Shown: positions 20,469-29,706, counted from the stretch's first letter. The stretch: 64,000 nt of DNA from Dehalococcoidia bacterium UBA5760 (GCA_002418895.1 DIFA01000017.1:668-64667); one strand, 5' to 3'. Notes: generated by a model not told the origin, from the sequence alone. Made by a program: numbers and translations.

Positions 20469-21695
20469 ATGCAACGAGTAGTTATTACCGGGATGGGAGT
20501 GGTTTGCCCGATAGGATTGAGTATTGATAGTTACTGGACAAGTCTGGTGGAGGGGAAATCGGGGGTGGACTTTATCAGTCACTTCGATGCCAGCAACTAT
20601 CCGGTAAAATTGGCTGCCGAGGTAAAAGGATTCAACCCGGCAGACCATCTCGATTCCAAGATGGTGCAGCGCACGCCGAGGTGTGTTCACCTGGTTGTGC
20701 CGGCGCTTAGAGAGGCTGTGGCTCAAGCCGGATTGGATATGGCTGATGAGCAGCCGGAGCGTGTCGGTGTTATCGGTGCCAATATGCTGGAATATCAGTA
20801 CGTTGGCGAGGACTGGGAGAGGCTTAAGCAACGGGGGCCTAGGAGGGTTGATCCCCTGCTGTTTACCAAGGCAGGACCCAGTACGGTATCCCTCCAGGTG
20901 GGAATGCTGCTGGGGGCGAAAGGGCCCAACAGCACTGTGAATAGCCTTTGCGCCAGCGGCACCGATGTCATAGCCACTGCTCGTAACTTCATCCAGTTCG
21001 GCTATGCCGATGTGATGATCGCGGCGGCATCCGATGCTTCACTTAGTGAATTGGGTATCGCTTCTATCAGCTTGCTGGGGGCGCTGACTAAAGAACCGGA
21101 TCCGGATAAGGCCAGCCGGCCCTTTGACCTTAACCGCAACGGTTTTGTTTATGGGGAGGGGGCCGGAGTATTAGTCTTAGAAAGCCTGGAGCATGCCCGG
21201 AAGCGGGGGGTGCCGGTTCTGGCTGAGGTAGCCGGCGCCGGCTGGTCGTTTGATGCTTATGACGCCACTGCTCCCCAGCCGGAAACAGAGGCTGTCGCTA
21301 TGCGAAGTGCCCTTAAAAATGGTGGGGTAAGGCCGGAAGAGGTGGACTATATTAATGCCCATGGTACCAGCACCAAGCTGAATGACCGCAGTGAGACCGA
21401 AGCTATCAAGATGGTATTTGGTGAGCGGGCTTACCGGATACCGGTAAGCTCTTTCAAGTCTATGTTTGGCCATATGGTAACCGCCGCCGGTGCTGTTGAG
21501 GCTATTGGTGCGGTACTGGCCATCAATAATGCTACCATCCCGCCGACTATCCATTATGAGACCCCTGATCCGGAGTGTGACCTGGACTACGTGCCCAATG
21601 TGGCTCGTAAAGCCCGGATAGATGTCTGCTTGAAGAGCAGCTTCGGGCTCGGCGGTCAGAATTGCTGCCTGGTTCTCAAGAGATTTACGGAATAG
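20469..21695 (+). CDS. beta-ketoacyl-ACP synthase, KAS I/II (FabF-like) with intact Cys-His-His triad
   Basis: 408 aa. Active-site Cys in NSLCASGTD, His in NAHGTSTKLND and KSMFGHMVTAAG. Confidence 0.85.
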   Translation: MQRVVITGMGVVCPIGLSIDSYWTSLVEGKSGVDFISHFDASNYPVKLAAEVKGFNPADHLDSKMVQRTPRCVHLVVPALREAVAQAGLDMADEQPERVGVIGANMLEYQYVGEDWERLKQRGPRRVDPLLFTKAGPSTVSLQVGMLLGAKGPNSTVNSLCASGTDVIATARNFIQFGYADVMIAAASDASLSELGIASISLLGALTKEPDPDKASRPFDLNRNGFVYGEGAGVLVLESLEHARKRGVPVLAEVAGAGWSFDAYDATAPQPETEAVAMRSALKNGGVRPEEVDYINAHGTSTKLNDRSETEAIKMVFGERAYRIPVSSFKSMFGHMVTAAGAVEAIGAVLAINNATIPPTIHYETPDPECDLDYVPNVARKARIDVCLKSSFGLGGQNCCLVLKRFTE

Positions 21696-21744
21696 AGATA
21701 AGATAACCTTAACGCAGGGAATACAAAATAAGCGAGGTGCCAAT

Positions 21745-22614
21745 ATGGAGAAGGTAGTTATCAGTAGTGATTCGGGTACTATACTTCCGGAAGCGGCCAA
21801 AAATTACGGGTTTACCATGATCCCCGTCCCTATCATCATTGATGGTGAGACCTATCTGGACACAGAAATAAACATGGATGACCTCTATGCTCGCCTGGAT
21901 GGGAAGGAAAACCTGCCCAAGACTTCAACTGCTAATGTTGCCGAGTTTGCCCAGTTTTTTATCGACTTGGCCCGCAATACCGAGGCTATCCTGCATATCA
22001 GCATGTCATCGGTGTTTAGCGGCCATCACAACGCTGCTTTGCAGGGTAGGGAATTAGCCATTGAAAAGTTGTCCAATACCAGGATTGAGATAGTCGATTC
22101 GCTTACCATGGGGACTGGTGTTGCTCTGATTGCTATTCAGGCAGCCAGGGCGGCGGCGCAGGGTAAAAGTATGGATGACGTTATGAAACTGGTTGCCAGT
22201 ATCATCCCGCAGATGAAACTCTTTCTGGCTCGCGATACCCTGTTCTATCAGGCGGAGGGTGGCAGGATATTTGAAGCCAAGACCTGGGCCGAGGCCGAGC
22301 AGGCCACCAGCTTCAGGTCGATAACCGAGGTAGACTCGTCTACCGGTGGAGCGTTAAGGCCGGTTGCCAGGGCCAAGACGGTAGCCCAGATAATGGAGAA
22401 GCTCGTTGAGATAACTAGGGAGAAAGGTCAGGGTAGCAAACTGGTTGGTGTTATCGGTCATACTCGAGCACTGGAGCGTGCCGAGAAGCTAAGGGAAATG
22501 CTCCGCGCCGATCTCGATTTCGACTGGCTGGAGATTGCTGAGGAGTCGGCAAGCGCTGCCATACATACCGGTAAAGGGCTCATTGGTTACGGTTTTTGTA
22601 GCAAGCTTGATTAG
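21745..22614 (+). CDS. DegV family fatty-acid-binding protein (FakB-like)
   Basis: 289 aa. The N-terminus VVISSDSGTILPEAAKNYGFTMIPVPIIIDGETYLD is typical of DegV. Confidence 0.8.
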   Translation: MEKVVISSDSGTILPEAAKNYGFTMIPVPIIIDGETYLDTEINMDDLYARLDGKENLPKTSTANVAEFAQFFIDLARNTEAILHISMSSVFSGHHNAALQGRELAIEKLSNTRIEIVDSLTMGTGVALIAIQAARAAAQGKSMDDVMKLVASIIPQMKLFLARDTLFYQAEGGRIFEAKTWAEAEQATSFRSITEVDSSTGGALRPVARAKTVAQIMEKLVEITREKGQGSKLVGVIGHTRALERAEKLREMLRADLDFDWLEIAEESASAAIHTGKGLIGYGFCSKLD

Positions 22615-22684
22615 CTGGCTACTTAGAGGCCGGACTTTACCGCGGCTCAATTAGATGTAAAGTAATCTAGGATCAGGGGAAATA

Positions 22685-24550
22685 ATGCTCCCGCAGAGAA
22701 TTGCCTATCTGGATTTAGATATGAGGAAGGTCGAGGTTAAAGAGGTCCCCGAAGAAATCACCAGGAGGTTTCTCGGCGGCCGCGGAATTAATATCTATCT
22801 GCTCTATCACAGCGTTGGCCCCGAAACTCACCCGCTGTCTCCCCAGAACCCCCTTATTATCGGACCGGGGATGGTAACCGGACTGAAAGGGATAAGCGCT
22901 TCGAGGTGTAATATTTCGGGAAAGTCCCCCGAATCAGGATTGCTGGGCGATTCCAATATCGGTGGGTATTTCGGAGCTTTTATGAAGAGGACGGGTATCG
23001 ACTTCCTTTTTATCACTGGATCCTCCTCGAAACCGGTCTATATCTACCTGGATAAGGAAAGGATTAGCATTGAAGACGCTCGGGATCTGTGGGGAAAATC
23101 AACCACGGAAACCGATATGATTTTGTCAGAACGCTATGGCCCGGCTTGCCAATCCATCTCGATCGGGGTAGCTGGAGAAAACCTGGTGCGTTTTGCCTGC
23201 ATCATCAACCGGAAGAAGAATACTGCCGGCAGGACGGGCATGGGTTGTCTGATGGGGTCTAAGAAGATAAAGGCAATCGTGGTAAACGGTAAAGAGCCGG
23301 TAGAGCCGGAGGATGAGGCTGGATTTGATAGGTTAATGAGAGGGTTTCAGCAGGGGTTAAAAAAAGAGCCTCTGGTCAAATTGCTGGGGGAGTATGGTTC
23401 GTCTCTGCTCTATATCCTGGTCAACCGGCGAATCGGCATGGGCCGGTCGTATAACGGGCTCTCGACAAAATTCCCCGGAGGCGAGAATATTTCGCCCAAC
23501 ATACTGAAAGATAAATACTACACCGGGAAGGCCGGTTGCTATTCCTGTCCGGTCTCCTGTCACCACAAGTACCGGGTCGGTGAAATAGAGAGCGAAGGCC
23601 CGGAGTATTCTATTCTGGCCAGCTTCGGCCCGGTGGTGGGCATAAAGCGGTTGGAGGCGGTTCTTTATATCAATGACCTGATAAATCGCTATGGCCTGGA
23701 TTCCAGTTCTACGGCTAATCTCATCGCCTGGACAATCGAACTACTTAAGAGGGGCCTTATCGATCAAAGTGTGACCGATGGCCTCAGTCTTGACTGGGGA
23801 AACGAGGAAGCTATCATCGAGCTGATTCACCGGATTGCCCACCGAAAAGGTCTGGGTAACATTCTCGCTGACGGGGCCAGGGAGGCGGTAAGGTATTTCG
23901 GTGAAGAAACGGGCCGGTATCTTCTCTGGTCGAAGAATCTACCGCAGACCGACCCTGCTGATTTGAGGTATTTCCCTGCCTACGCCCTGGGCGATGCTAC
24001 CGCTTCGAGGGGGCCGGATCATTTAAGGAGCCGGCCTACCTGGGAGTCCTATCGACTTTCTGAAGAAACCCTGAGGGGTATCTACGGCGGTGATATTTCC
24101 GCCAATCCCCGCAGCTACCTGGGAAAGGGTAGGGTAATCTGGTGGTGGGAGACATACCTTTCCCTGTTCGATGCCCTGGGAATCTGTAAACTGATCGCTT
24201 TTCATTGCCAGCCCGGTCTTATTGATTTTGCCTTCTTCTCGGAACTGGTTCGCTGTGCCACGGGTATTGATTTGACGGCGGAGGAAATCTTTGCCGTCGG
24301 AGAGAGGATTGTCAACCTGGAGAGGATGTTCCTGGTCAGGGAGGGAATAAAGAGGAAGGATGACTTTCCTCCCCAGAGGTATTTTGAGCCTTTGGCCTGG
24401 CAGGACGGACTGAAGCCCGAAGAGAAGGACTTGAAGCTGGACAGGGCGGCTTTTGAGGGGATGCTCGATGAATATTACCGGCTCCGCGGTTGGGATAGCG
24501 AAGGCGTGCCGCTGTCTGGAACCAAAGAGCGTTTGGGTTTAGCACGATGA
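22685..24550 (+). CDS. aldehyde:ferredoxin oxidoreductase family protein (tungsto-/molybdopterin, 4Fe-4S), paralog 1
   Basis: 621 aa. The N-terminal AOR domain has RFLGGRGIN. The cluster ligands are CYSCPVSC (CxxCxxxC) plus a distal Cys in DALGICKL. Confidence 0.85.
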   Translation: MLPQRIAYLDLDMRKVEVKEVPEEITRRFLGGRGINIYLLYHSVGPETHPLSPQNPLIIGPGMVTGLKGISASRCNISGKSPESGLLGDSNIGGYFGAFMKRTGIDFLFITGSSSKPVYIYLDKERISIEDARDLWGKSTTETDMILSERYGPACQSISIGVAGENLVRFACIINRKKNTAGRTGMGCLMGSKKIKAIVVNGKEPVEPEDEAGFDRLMRGFQQGLKKEPLVKLLGEYGSSLLYILVNRRIGMGRSYNGLSTKFPGGENISPNILKDKYYTGKAGCYSCPVSCHHKYRVGEIESEGPEYSILASFGPVVGIKRLEAVLYINDLINRYGLDSSSTANLIAWTIELLKRGLIDQSVTDGLSLDWGNEEAIIELIHRIAHRKGLGNILADGAREAVRYFGEETGRYLLWSKNLPQTDPADLRYFPAYALGDATASRGPDHLRSRPTWESYRLSEETLRGIYGGDISANPRSYLGKGRVIWWWETYLSLFDALGICKLIAFHCQPGLIDFAFFSELVRCATGIDLTAEEIFAVGERIVNLERMFLVREGIKRKDDFPPQRYFEPLAWQDGLKPEEKDLKLDRAAFEGMLDEYYRLRGWDSEGVPLSGTKERLGLAR

Positions 24551-25542
24551 AGATAGCTGTTATTGGTGCCGGGGCGATCGGTGCGTTAGTAGCTGGTTAT
24601 CTCAGCAGGGAGGGGGTTGATGTTACTTTGGTCGGCAGGGCGAGTGATGTCCCTGTTATTAAGGACGACGGTCTTGCCATCGACGGAGTAAGAGGAAACA
24701 CAGTCGTTCCGGTGAAGGTGACCGATAAGCTCGAAAAGGGCTTTGGTCTGGTTATTCTGACGGTTAAAACGCAGGATATTAATTCGACTCTGAGCGGGAA
24801 TGTCAAGGCCCTGGGGAATGCTCCTCTCCTTACCGTGCAGAACGGCGTGAGGGCGGAGGAAATTATTCGGGGACTTATTCCCAAGGAGAATATCGTCAGC
24901 AGTATCGTTATGTTCGGGTCAACCTACCTTGAGGCGGGCAGGATTCTGCATAACTTTGAGGGGGACTGGGTAATCGGCAGGGCGTTTGCACCGAATAACG
25001 GGATTATTGACAGTATAGGTGACCTGCTGGCTGGTGCCTTCTCCGTCCGCATCACGGACAGGATAACAGGAATGAAGTGGCTGAAACTCTTCTTGAATTT
25101 GAATAATTGCCTGCCTGCCCTAACCGGGAGGAGTATGCAGGAAACGTTTTCCCATCCCGATATCTCCTGTTTGAGCATCCGTCTTCTGAGCGAGGCACTG
25201 TCGGCGGTAGACCGGGCGGGAATAGAGCTGGAGTCACTGCCGGACTTCCCTGTGGCAAGACTGCGGGCACTCACTACTATGCCGCTGGCGGAGGCGGGAG
25301 AGGTATTTTCTAAAACGATGACCAATCTGAGCCGGGAGCCGCTCTTCGGCTCTATCTTACAGAGCATCAAGAGGGGAAAACCGTCCGAGATTGATTATTT
25401 CAACGGAGAGATAGTGTATCTGGGGGAGAAGATAGGAGAGGATGTGACGCTGAATAAGAAGATGGTCGAGATGGTACACACGGTAGAGGAGAGCGGCAGG
25501 TTTCTCAGTCCGGGAGATATTCTAAATGAAATCGGGGGATAA
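24547..25542 (+). CDS. 2-dehydropantoate 2-reductase family (ApbA/PanE-like) NAD(P)H oxidoreductase
   Basis: 331 aa. Rossmann N-terminus MKIAVIGAGAIGALVAGYL. The start overlaps the AOR stop (ATGA). Confidence 0.7.
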   Translation: MKIAVIGAGAIGALVAGYLSREGVDVTLVGRASDVPVIKDDGLAIDGVRGNTVVPVKVTDKLEKGFGLVILTVKTQDINSTLSGNVKALGNAPLLTVQNGVRAEEIIRGLIPKENIVSSIVMFGSTYLEAGRILHNFEGDWVIGRAFAPNNGIIDSIGDLLAGAFSVRITDRITGMKWLKLFLNLNNCLPALTGRSMQETFSHPDISCLSIRLLSEALSAVDRAGIELESLPDFPVARLRALTTMPLAEAGEVFSKTMTNLSREPLFGSILQSIKRGKPSEIDYFNGEIVYLGEKIGEDVTLNKKMVEMVHTVEESGRFLSPGDILNEIGG

Positions 25543-25544
25543 GA

Positions 25545-26177
25545 ATGGCAGAAGATAGACCCAAATCAGCCGGGACATCTAAAGTCTCGGGAAAGACCAG
25601 GAAGAACTTTCACGATGTTCCTCTCTTGGTTACGGTGAGTAAGGTCAAGGAGGAGTGCTATCGGGGCTACAAGGAGGGTGATGCCTTTGTCTTCGAAGAC
25701 TTCACCAAGACGCCCCGTGGTTTTTGCCAGGGTGCCGCCGCCGTACTTTTTCCTTGCCTTTATGCCCTGACCTTCGGCGCGGAGTTTCAATTTGAAGGTA
25801 ATCCCCGCTCTATTCACACCACCTGTCCCGATGGTGGTAAGGTCGAGTTCTTCACCCAGGTGCTTACTCAATCTGGGGAAGTGGAAAAGGGTGAGAAGAA
25901 AGAGCATCACGGGCCGAGTCCCAAAAAGATGATTATCAGCGTGGAAGAGGTCAACGGGCACTGTGCCTACGATTACAAACCGGGGGACACTATTGAGGTA
26001 ACCGGACTCAGGACCCCCCAGGGTTTTTGTGGGGCTGCCTATAACGCCCTCTTCCCCGTCCTTTTCGCCCTTAATATGGGGGCTAAATTTTCCTTCTCAG
26101 AGGATCAGAATGCTAACCTGCGCGTGACCTGCCCCGATGGGGGAATAATCAGGTTTAAGGTAAGGAGGATCCAGTGA
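25545..26177 (+). CDS. Cys-rich protein made of two tandem copies of a ~85-aa domain ending in CPDGG (resembles TIGR04076-type small proteins)
   Basis: 210 aa. Repeat 1 is C..GY.EGD....GFCQGA...TCPDGGKVEF; repeat 2 is C..DY.PGD....GFCGAA...TCPDGGIIRF. The family assignment is from memory and was not searched. Confidence 0.55.
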   Translation: MAEDRPKSAGTSKVSGKTRKNFHDVPLLVTVSKVKEECYRGYKEGDAFVFEDFTKTPRGFCQGAAAVLFPCLYALTFGAEFQFEGNPRSIHTTCPDGGKVEFFTQVLTQSGEVEKGEKKEHHGPSPKKMIISVEEVNGHCAYDYKPGDTIEVTGLRTPQGFCGAAYNALFPVLFALNMGAKFSFSEDQNANLRVTCPDGGIIRFKVRRIQ

Positions 26178-27439
26178 TTAAGAGACGTGTGGTGGTTACC
26201 GGTCTGGGGGTTATTTCTCCTAACGGCATTGGTAAAGAGGCTTTCTGGAAAAATACGGTCACCGGCAAGTCGGGGGTAAGGCGGGTTACCGATTATGATG
26301 TCTCGCAATTCCGCTCTCAGATAGCCGCTCAGGTGGTTGACTTCGATCCCTTTGCCTTTGGCCTCAGTGGGGAGGAGGTGGAGAGGATGGACCGCTATGT
26401 ACAGTTTGCCGTGGCCGGGGCGGAGGCCGCTGTAGCTGATGCCAGGTTTGTTTTCGGTGATGAGATAAGAGAACGGACGGGGATCTGTCTCGCTAATGCT
26501 ATCTGCGGCACAAGATATATGGACGAAGAGTTCTTGAGGGTGACCAACGGCGGCAAAGACCCTATCGATCCCAAAAAGGTAAGGCCGCATCTTTATGATG
26601 CCTCCATGTTCAATACCCCTTCCAGTGAAATAGCGGCACGCTATCAATTAAAGAGTATTTGCGCCACCGTATCTACCGGTTGTACCGCCGGTACCGATGC
26701 CGTGGGTTTTGCCTATGAAGTTATCCAGGATGGGTTGGCCGATGTCATGATTACCGGTGCCGCTGAGGCGCCTCTCTGTCCGATAACCTTTGCTTCTTTT
26801 GATGTCTTGAATGTAATCTCAGCGAGAAACGGTGAGCCGGAAAAGGCTTCCCGGCCCTTCGATAAGGAGAGGGATGGGTTTGTCCTCTCTGAAGGGTGCG
26901 GCATTCTGGTTCTGGAGGAGCTGGGCCACGCCCTGAGCCGCGGCGCTCGTATCTACTGTGAAATCAAGGGTTTCGGCACCTGCTGCAATGCTTACCATAT
27001 GACCGACTTGCCTGCCGATGGTGATAGTATGGTCCCTTCTATCAAGCTTGCCTTAAATGATGCCGGGCTGCTCCCGGAGAAGATCGGGTATATCAATGCC
27101 CACGGGAGCTCCACCAGGCAGAATGACGTGTTCGAGACGAATGCCTATAAGAAGGTCTTTGGCAGCAGGGCTTACCAGATTCCGATAAGCTCTCTCAAGT
27201 CTATGATCGGTCATCCCCTGGCGGCCGCCAACAGCGTCGAGCTTGTTGCCGGTGCCCTTACCTTTGAGACCGATATCCTGCCGCCAACGATAAATCAGGA
27301 AGTTTCCGACCCGGATTGCGACCTGGACTATGTTGCCAACAAGGCTCGTGAAAAAAAGGTTGATTACATCTTGAAGACCAGCAGCGGTTTTTCCGGTGTC
27401 CATTCCTCAATGATACTGGGAAGGTGGAACTCTAATTGA
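26174..27439 (+). CDS. type II PKS ketosynthase alpha (KS-alpha)
   Basis: 421 aa, GTG start overlapping the upstream stop (GTGA). TVSTGCTAGTDAVG (Cys170), NAHGSSTRQND, SLKSMIGHPLAAAN. Confidence 0.85.
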   Translation: MIKRRVVVTGLGVISPNGIGKEAFWKNTVTGKSGVRRVTDYDVSQFRSQIAAQVVDFDPFAFGLSGEEVERMDRYVQFAVAGAEAAVADARFVFGDEIRERTGICLANAICGTRYMDEEFLRVTNGGKDPIDPKKVRPHLYDASMFNTPSSEIAARYQLKSICATVSTGCTAGTDAVGFAYEVIQDGLADVMITGAAEAPLCPITFASFDVLNVISARNGEPEKASRPFDKERDGFVLSEGCGILVLEELGHALSRGARIYCEIKGFGTCCNAYHMTDLPADGDSMVPSIKLALNDAGLLPEKIGYINAHGSSTRQNDVFETNAYKKVFGSRAYQIPISSLKSMIGHPLAAANSVELVAGALTFETDILPPTINQEVSDPDCDLDYVANKAREKKVDYILKTSSGFSGVHSSMILGRWNSN

Positions 27440-28647
27440 AAAAAGTGGCTGTTACCGGGTTAGGTATAGTAGCCCCTCCCGGAGTGGGCAAGGAAGAATT
27501 CTGGCAGAACATAAGGGAGGGGAAGTCATTCATTTCCCCTATTACCAGATTCGATGCTTCAGCCTATCCTTCACGGGTGGCCGGGCAGGTTAAAGAACTG
27601 GACACAGGTCACCTTTCTCCCCGTCTCTTGAAGAAGATGGACCGGTTCTCGGTGATGGCTCTGGTAGCTACCGGGCAGGCCCTGAAAGACGCCGGTATAG
27701 ATTTGGCTAAAGAAGACCCTTACAGCGTAGGCGTCTTCCTGGGCAATACACTGGGCGGGTGGCTTTATGCGGAGACAGAGCTGCGTGACCTCTACCAGGA
27801 AGGCAGGAATGGGGTAAGCCCTTATAACGCCAGCGCCTGGTTTGCCGCGGCTCCCCAGGGCCAAATCTCTATTTGTTACGGCGTCAAGGGGTATAGTAAG
27901 ACGGTAGTCGCCGACAGGGCCGGAGCTTTGATGGCTATTGGCTGTGCGGTAAGGGAAATCAGAAACAATAAAGCGGCCATTGCTCTGGCTGGAGGCACCG
28001 AAGCACCGGTTACTCCCTACGCATTGCTCTGCTGCACCACGGAGGGCTCTCTTTCCGGGGGTACTTATCGACCATTCGATAAGGAAAGGGATGGTTTTGT
28101 TATCGGTGAAGGGGCGGCGATCATAACCCTGGAGGATATGGATTCCGCTCGAAGCAGGGGGGCGACTGTCTACGGGTCGATTACTGGCTTCGGAACTTCC
28201 TGTGATGGCACTCACCGTATCACGCCGGATCAGGATGGTAGAGGGTTGACCAGGGCGATAAAGACTGCCCTGGACGGTGCCGGTTATCAGCCCGGTGATA
28301 TTGATTATATTTGTGCCGATGGAGCGGCAACCGAACTGGGGGATGTCAGCGAAACAAGAGCAATCAAGGCGGTATTCGGCAGTTATGCGGCGGAAATACC
28401 GGTCAGCGCCCCGAAGTCCATGTTCGGACACCTGCTGGGGGCATCCGGTGCCATTGACCTGGTCGGCACTCTGCTGACTATGCAGGAGGGGGTTATTCTG
28501 CCCACGATAAATTACCGGACGGAGGACCCGGAGTGCAATCTGGACTATGTGCCGAATAAATGTAGGTCTAAAGAGGTTAATCGTGCCATTGTCATCTCGC
28601 GCGGTCGCGGAGGCATAAATGCCGTTTTGGCTGTAGAAAGGAGTTAG
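27436..28647 (+). CDS. type II PKS ketosynthase beta / chain-length factor (non-canonical: Arg at the Cys/Gln position)
   Basis: 403 aa. The TTG start overlaps the KS-alpha stop. TVVADRAGALMAIG aligns residue-for-residue with KS-alpha TVSTGCTAGTDAVG. The first His is lost (CADGAATELGD) and the second is retained (KSMFGHLLGASG). Confidence 0.8.
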   Translation: MKKVAVTGLGIVAPPGVGKEEFWQNIREGKSFISPITRFDASAYPSRVAGQVKELDTGHLSPRLLKKMDRFSVMALVATGQALKDAGIDLAKEDPYSVGVFLGNTLGGWLYAETELRDLYQEGRNGVSPYNASAWFAAAPQGQISICYGVKGYSKTVVADRAGALMAIGCAVREIRNNKAAIALAGGTEAPVTPYALLCCTTEGSLSGGTYRPFDKERDGFVIGEGAAIITLEDMDSARSRGATVYGSITGFGTSCDGTHRITPDQDGRGLTRAIKTALDGAGYQPGDIDYICADGAATELGDVSETRAIKAVFGSYAAEIPVSAPKSMFGHLLGASGAIDLVGTLLTMQEGVILPTINYRTEDPECNLDYVPNKCRSKEVNRAIVISRGRGGINAVLAVERS

Positions 28648-28652
28648 CGGTT

Positions 28653-28889
28653 ATGGCGAATATCGAAGAAAGGGTGCAGGATTTTTTCGCCAAGTTCCTT
28701 GACCTGAGTCCTGCCGAGATTACTCCGCAGGTTAACCTGAGGGATGATCTTCAGATGGACTCAACGGAAATGGTGGAGCTGGTGGTGGCTTTAGAAAAAG
28801 AGTTCAATATCCATCTCAAGGATGGTGAGATTACCAACAGGAATTGCTTCGGCGACGTGTTAAAGACCGTTGGAGAGAAGCTGGGATAA
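28653..28889 (+). CDS. acyl carrier protein
   Basis: 78 aa. The phosphopantetheine Ser lies in DDLQMDSTEMVELVVALEKEF. Confidence 0.85.
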   Translation: MANIEERVQDFFAKFLDLSPAEITPQVNLRDDLQMDSTEMVELVVALEKEFNIHLKDGEITNRNCFGDVLKTVGEKLG

Positions 28890-29692
28890 TGAGAATTATT
28901 GACCTGAGTCTCCCCATCGATGACGGTGTTTTTGAGCCCCACCCGGTAAAGATAAAGAGGTGGGGACATCGGGATGGCGGAGACCGTTTCGGCCGGATTT
29001 GGGCGAAGTCTCACGGGATAAGAGGAATTCTGGGCTATATTACGGGACGGGAGCGGATTACGCGTAATTCCTTCAGGGACGGTGCCTTCCTGTCCCTGGA
29101 GTGGGTCAGGGCGGCGGTCCATAGCGGCACTCACCTTGATGCGCCCTATCATTTCGGGCCTATTTCGGAAGGAAAAGAGGCCAAGAAGATAGAGGATATA
29201 CCCGTTGAGTGGTGCTATGGGAACGGTGTCGTCCTGGACTGTTCTCAAAAAGAGCCCGGAGGGCTTATTGTCAGGGAGGATGTAGAGCGAGCGCTCGACA
29301 GCATTCGGCATGAGATAAAGCCCATGGATATCGTCCTTATCCGTACCGGCGGCGATAAGTTATGGGGAACTCGGAAATACTACTCCCATTTTGTCGGGGT
29401 GAGCCGGGAGGCGCTTGCCTATATTCTGGACTTCAAGGTAAAGGTGGTCGGGATTGATACCTTTAGCTTTGACCGTCCGCTCAGCAGGATGGTGACTGAT
29501 TTTCTAAAGACGAAGGATAATGCTCACCTCTGGCCGGCCCACTTCTACGGTAGGGAAAAGGAGTACTGTCACATCGAGAGGCTGGCCAACCTGGATAAGA
29601 TTCCCTCGTATGGTTTCCGGCTGGCCTGTTTCCCGATAAAGATAAAAGGGGTAGGTGCCGCTGCGGTAAGAGCGGTTGCCATTATTGAATAA
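28889..29692 (+). CDS. metal-dependent 'putative cyclase' family protein (kynurenine-formamidase-like fold)
   Basis: The track ORF starts at 28844, but MRIIDLSLPI at the ATG at 28889 overlaps the ACP stop (TAATG). Signature HSGTHLDAPYHF. Confidence 0.75.
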   Translation: MRIIDLSLPIDDGVFEPHPVKIKRWGHRDGGDRFGRIWAKSHGIRGILGYITGRERITRNSFRDGAFLSLEWVRAAVHSGTHLDAPYHFGPISEGKEAKKIEDIPVEWCYGNGVVLDCSQKEPGGLIVREDVERALDSIRHEIKPMDIVLIRTGGDKLWGTRKYYSHFVGVSREALAYILDFKVKVVGIDTFSFDRPLSRMVTDFLKTKDNAHLWPAHFYGREKEYCHIERLANLDKIPSYGFRLACFPIKIKGVGAAAVRAVAIIE

Positions 29693-29706
29693 ATAAGGAG
29701 GCAAGA

